This document shows, one piece after another, positions 44,748-47,975 of a DNA stretch of 47,975 nt. The notes beneath the pieces were generated by a model. It was given only the letters and a program-made list of their open reading frames with translations, searched no databases and was not told the DNA's origin. This stretch comes from a virus (taxonomy: Duplodnaviria > Caudoviricetes). The position numbers were made by a program, and so were the translations under genes. The stretch spans positions 1 through 47,975 of the IMG/VR virus record IMGVR_UViG_3300037851_000814; one strand, given 5' to 3'. Each line of letters begins with the position of its first letter. The first letter of the stretch is position 1.

Positions 44748-45106
44748 CCGCCTTCCTTGCCGGCGGAACGCAATGCATCAGCCTGCGTCTTCGCCTTCGT
44801 CGCTTCCAGGTTCGCGATCTGGAGGCGGAGAGCATCCTGGGTGATTGCCGTCAACGGGGCCTTGAGCTTCACCCGGCCGGCGTTGTACCCCAGGGTGGCC
44901 AGAACGCTTCCGACCACACCGGCGATGGCCAGGATGACGCCGCCGGCAGCGGCAGCCTTGCCGCCTTCCGGCAGCTTTTCGATGATGCTCGGCAGATTGG
45001 CCTGCACGATGCCGACCAATGCCGCGATGACGCTGAGAATGATGGTCCACTTGGTGACCTTGTATTCGCTGGTTTCCGATCCGTTCTTGACTGGTCCTTC
45101 GCTCAT
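44744..45106 (-). CDS. Holin-like membrane protein (120 aa, 2 TM)
   Basis: Two hydrophobic helices after a GSETSEY motif. AGGAGG SD. Confidence 0.55.
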   Translation of the reverse strand: MSEGPVKNGSETSEYKVTKWTIILSVIAALVGIVQANLPSIIEKLPEGGKAAAAGGVILAIAGVVGSVLATLGYNAGRVKLKAPLTAITQDALRLQIANLEATKAKTQADALRSAGKEGG

Positions 45107-45114
45107 GGTTCCTC

Positions 45115-45465
45115 CTACGGGATGAGGTTGACGACCGCCGCGCCGAACCCGCCCCCGGCGAGCATGGCGATCAGCAGTCTGATGATGGATCCGGTCAGGG
45201 AGGTCTGGTTCTTCTTGATGTCGTCCAGACTCCTCTCTACCGACTCGATCCGTTGCTGGTGCAACGCGAAAACCCCTTCGCCTCGCACCATTCTGGCATT
45301 GGTTTCAGCGAACGCTTGCAACATTTCCGACTTCACAGCATGGACTGCGTCCACCATGTCCTTGAGCGCATCGCCCACGGCACGGACGGCCGGGCACCGG
45401 GCTTGGTGGAGTTCCACTGCCCGTTCCACTATCCGTTCGACCCGCGCAGTTTCGATGTCGCCCAT
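45115..45465 (-). CDS. Coiled-coil protein with C-terminal TM (holin/XhlA-like; 116 aa)
   Basis: RIESVERSLDDIKK followed by a hydrophobic C-terminal helix. Confidence 0.5.
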   Translation of the reverse strand: MGDIETARVERIVERAVELHQARCPAVRAVGDALKDMVDAVHAVKSEMLQAFAETNARMVRGEGVFALHQQRIESVERSLDDIKKNQTSLTGSIIRLLIAMLAGGGFGAAVVNLIP

Positions 45466-45471
45466 GACGGG

Positions 45472-45702
45472 TTATCCCTCGACCTTCGGAGGCGCGGGCG
45501 GCGCGATGGCCGCACGGAGCCGTGAGAGGCAGGCGTTGGCGACCTGGGCCTTGCCGTTGACATAGCCCTCGGACACACCATGACGCTGCAACTCTTCGAT
45601 GTAGAGTTGGAGCATCGCCTGGACCATGTCCAGTGCCTGCGTGGGAGTCGGGCCTTCATCCTCCTGCGCTTTGGGCTTGGGCGGGTTCTTCTGCTTGCTC
45701 AT
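45472..45702 (-). CDS. Hypothetical protein (76 aa)
   Basis: ATGA-coupled within the operon. Confidence 0.55.
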   Translation of the reverse strand: MSKQKNPPKPKAQEDEGPTPTQALDMVQAMLQLYIEELQRHGVSEGYVNGKAQVANACLSRLRAAIAPPAPPKVEG

Positions 45703-46037
45703 TCATCTTCCTTGTCGGTTTGGACCTGCCTCACCGCGGAATAGATGACCGCAAAGACCTCGGCGCCGGTCATCGTTCCGCCAGTGGGCTGGTCGGTGGT
45801 CGGATCACGGAGAGCGATGATCTGCTCCCCGTCGTAAGGGTGATCGATGTGGTCACTGCCTTTGCGGACGGTCATCTCCGTCGCCCCGTCGGACAGCAGG
45901 ACCGCCTGCTCCTCCTCGATCTGCATGACGGGAATCGCTTCATGATTCTCCAGCAGGTTCGGGCAGTCGATGGTCACGCGAAAGCAACGGTCGCGGATGT
46001 CGCCGGGAGCGAGGTTCGGTCCGTATTTCTTTGGCAT
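45699..46037 (-). CDS. Hypothetical protein, possible fibre chaperone (112 aa)
   Basis: Directly follows tail fibre 2. LRDPTTDQPTGGTMTGAEVFAVIYS-type motif seen after fibres. Confidence 0.5.
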   Translation of the reverse strand: MPKKYGPNLAPGDIRDRCFRVTIDCPNLLENHEAIPVMQIEEEQAVLLSDGATEMTVRKGSDHIDHPYDGEQIIALRDPTTDQPTGGTMTGAEVFAVIYSAVRQVQTDKEDE

Positions 46038-46038
46038 A

Positions 46039-47975
46039 TCAAATCTCCGTGATGCTGAAGTTCACATTGACGAAGGAAAGGGTGGCGGTGCCGCTCATCT
46101 GCTGGGCGCACACGCTTATGGTGCTATCCGCAGGCATCGTAAGAACGCACGAAATGGTGATGGATTTCGTGTCAGCGGCTAAAGCAAAGTCGATCTGGCC
46201 CGTGGCCTTCGTGATGACGGATGCCGAAGGCGGTGGACCGACAATGTTTTGGCGGAAGGCAAACTGCACGGATTGCGCGGCGTTCAAATCGCAACTGATC
46301 TGCGCCACGCATCGCACGATCATCGATCGGCTGGCCACCAAACCGCCACTGCCATCGGCGGTCATGCCGTTGAGCATGACCGAAGTCGGTATGTCAAGGT
46401 CCGTCCAGGTCAATGCCGCGGAGAAACTGATATCGGCGGGATCTCCGTAGAGTTCACCGTATCCCTTGCTCGCGCCTTCGATGGCCGACAGTCGCCCATC
46501 GAGAGCATCGACCGTGGTGTCGAGGTATTGGCCAGAACCACCGTAGGTGCTGTCGTCCAATACCTGGGAAGCCTGCACCTCTGCAAAGGATCCGGCCCCG
46601 TTGAGGAACTCATCGGCATCAGTCGTCAGGCCAATGCCGGAATATCCGCCCAACCCATCGCAGAGGATCAGCCCCGAAGTGGCATCCAGGGTAGTCTTCC
46701 ATCCGGTCAGCGTCGAGACATCAGTCTGGAGAGTTGAGACATCACCCTGGAGAGTCGAGACTTCACCCTGGAGGGTCGAGACATATCCCTGGATGGTGGC
46801 CATCTCACCCTGGAGGGTCGAGACATCGTCCCCGATGTCACTGACCACATTTTGCAGGGTGGTAAGATCGCTTTGCAGGGTGCTGATCGCACCCTCCGCA
46901 GTGGTCAGCCTGCCGTCGATGTCATTGACGGTATCCGCCAGATCCGTCAGATCGCCTGCGAGGGTGTTGAGCGCATCGGAGACGAATGTGCCAGTCACCA
47001 GACTGTCGTTGTCCACTTGCGAGGCATCATAGTCGGAAGCTGCTGCCAGCACCGCGCCTGACCGGCCGAACACGCTCGTCACCGGCGCACCCGGTGGCGC
47101 GTATGGCAAGGAGAACTGGTTCACATACGAGCCGGCCACCCGCTTGTCGAAGTCGAGTCCCGCGCCATTGCGACCGACCCGCCAGGAGCCGTCCGTCGCC
47201 ACATCACCGAAGTAGTGATAACTGGCTGCCGCCTGGACGATGCCGTTCCCGGTGGCGATGCCGCCGATCACATAGAGGGCGGCACTGGTGGTGGTGGTGG
47301 CGGCAACGGTTGAGTTGATTCTGACCCTACCGTTATCGCGATAAACCACCACACCGAGATCGGTTTCGGCTGGGTCACCTGTCCCCAACCCCATCACCAG
47401 GACGCCGGTTGCGGCATCTATCTGGTTCGTGAAACCGAACTTCACCCGCTTTGTTCCGCTTTGGCTCCCGAGCCAGATGGTGGGACTTGCGCTGCTCGCA
47501 GTCACGATGAAGCTGCCACCCAGGGTGTTGTCCCGGCGAGCGTAGATCAGGTTCTGGTTGCCGCCCAGGTTCAGCAGGTAGCCGGTGTAGATGGTGCTGC
47601 CAGCACGGATCTCCCCGCCGACAACCGCGTTCTCTACCACACCGATGCCGCCCGCTACGCGGAGTGCGCCAGTGGTGGTGCTGGTGGCGGAACCCGTGCC
47701 GGGGACAGCCACATGCTCCGACGAGCGTCCGAGCATGATCTGGTTGGCTGCGGTACAGGTCGCCCCTTTGCCGAGGGCGACACTGTTTTGATATGTTGCC
47801 GTAGTCGCACTGTGTCCGATCGCGGTGCTGGATCCTGCGGCAATGGCCCCTCTGCCGACCGCAACTGCCTGCGAGCCGGTGGCTTGGGCGATCCGTCCGA
47901 TGATCACCGACTGCGCGTTGGTCGCATCTGGACGACCGACGACCACGGAGTCGTTGACCACCCCGAAGGTGCCAC
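46039..47975 (-). CDS. Tail fibre 2, C-terminal part (YadA-like head repeats, heptad stalk, beta head)
   Basis: AVAVG/STAIG/SVALG repeats, STTTGALRVAGGIG repeats and VSTLQGE heptads. Continues from 1130-1. Confidence 0.85.
   Translation of the reverse strand, partial: GTFGVVNDSVVVGRPDATNAQSVIIGRIAQATGSQAVAVGRGAIAAGSSTAIGHSATTATYQNSVALGKGATCTAANQIMLGRSSEHVAVPGTGSATSTTTGALRVAGGIGVVENAVVGGEIRAGSTIYTGYLLNLGGNQNLIYARRDNTLGGSFIVTASSASPTIWLGSQSGTKRVKFGFTNQIDAATGVLVMGLGTGDPAETDLGVVVYRDNGRVRINSTVAATTTTSAALYVIGGIATGNGIVQAAASYHYFGDVATDGSWRVGRNGAGLDFDKRVAGSYVNQFSLPYAPPGAPVTSVFGRSGAVLAAASDYDASQVDNDSLVTGTFVSDALNTLAGDLTDLADTVNDIDGRLTTAEGAISTLQSDLTTLQNVVSDIGDDVSTLQGEMATIQGYVSTLQGEVSTLQGDVSTLQTDVSTLTGWKTTLDATSGLILCDGLGGYSGIGLTTDADEFLNGAGSFAEVQASQVLDDSTYGGSGQYLDTTVDALDGRLSAIEGASKGYGELYGDPADISFSAALTWTDLDIPTSVMLNGMTADGSGGLVASRSMIVRCVAQISCDLNAAQSVQFAFRQNIVGPPPSASVITKATGQIDFALAADTKSITISCVLTMPADSTISVCAQQMSGTATLSFVNVNFSITEI
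46712..46826 (-). repeat. 21-bp imperfect tandem repeat encoding VSTLQG(E/D) heptads
   Basis: GAGAC...CCCTGGAGRGTC units, about 5 copies. Confidence 0.75.
47849..47975. repeat. Terminal direct repeat, right copy
   Basis: Identical to 1-127. Confidence 0.95.

Noticed and set aside
46039-47975. Diversity-generating retroelement or invertible fibre switch
   Set aside because: No reverse transcriptase or invertase, and no TR/VR pair differing at adenines. Shared fibre segments are short and in direct orientation.

Overview
The window looks like a complete circular or circularly permuted ~47.85 kb GC-rich dsDNA tailed-phage genome. Bases 1-127 are identical to 47849-47975, and one tail-fibre gene reads through that junction. 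Most real genes are on the minus strand. The podovirus-like virion block runs TerS, TerL, portal, scaffold, major capsid, adaptor, nozzle-like protein, two paralogous fibres, a holin/spanin-like cluster with no recognisable endolysin, and internal virion proteins ending in a ~3790-aa polyvalent protein. That protein carries HExxH, RadC/JAB (apparently tandem) and a Cys-rich GP88-like module. A lambdoid-type early block holds YqaJ, RecT, RusA-like, a replication initiator with internal iterons, and HTH proteins. An accessory zone at ~17.3-23.9 kb holds a headless, internally deleted host VIT-vWA gene, a GGGACT microsatellite, a truncated ISL3 transposase placed under a phage promoter, and small genes separated by repeated hairpin/RBS leaders. 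No integrase, ParA, polymerase, tRNA or CRISPR array was seen. DNA-level signals read by eye: a recurring CTTACTGGCG late-promoter-like box, four apparently leaderless starts, two back-to-back promoter pairs with the same geometry, and strong avoidance of SAGCTS in the core genome. Host is tentatively Planctomycetota (inference only). All protein calls come from motif recognition and synteny, not from database searches.
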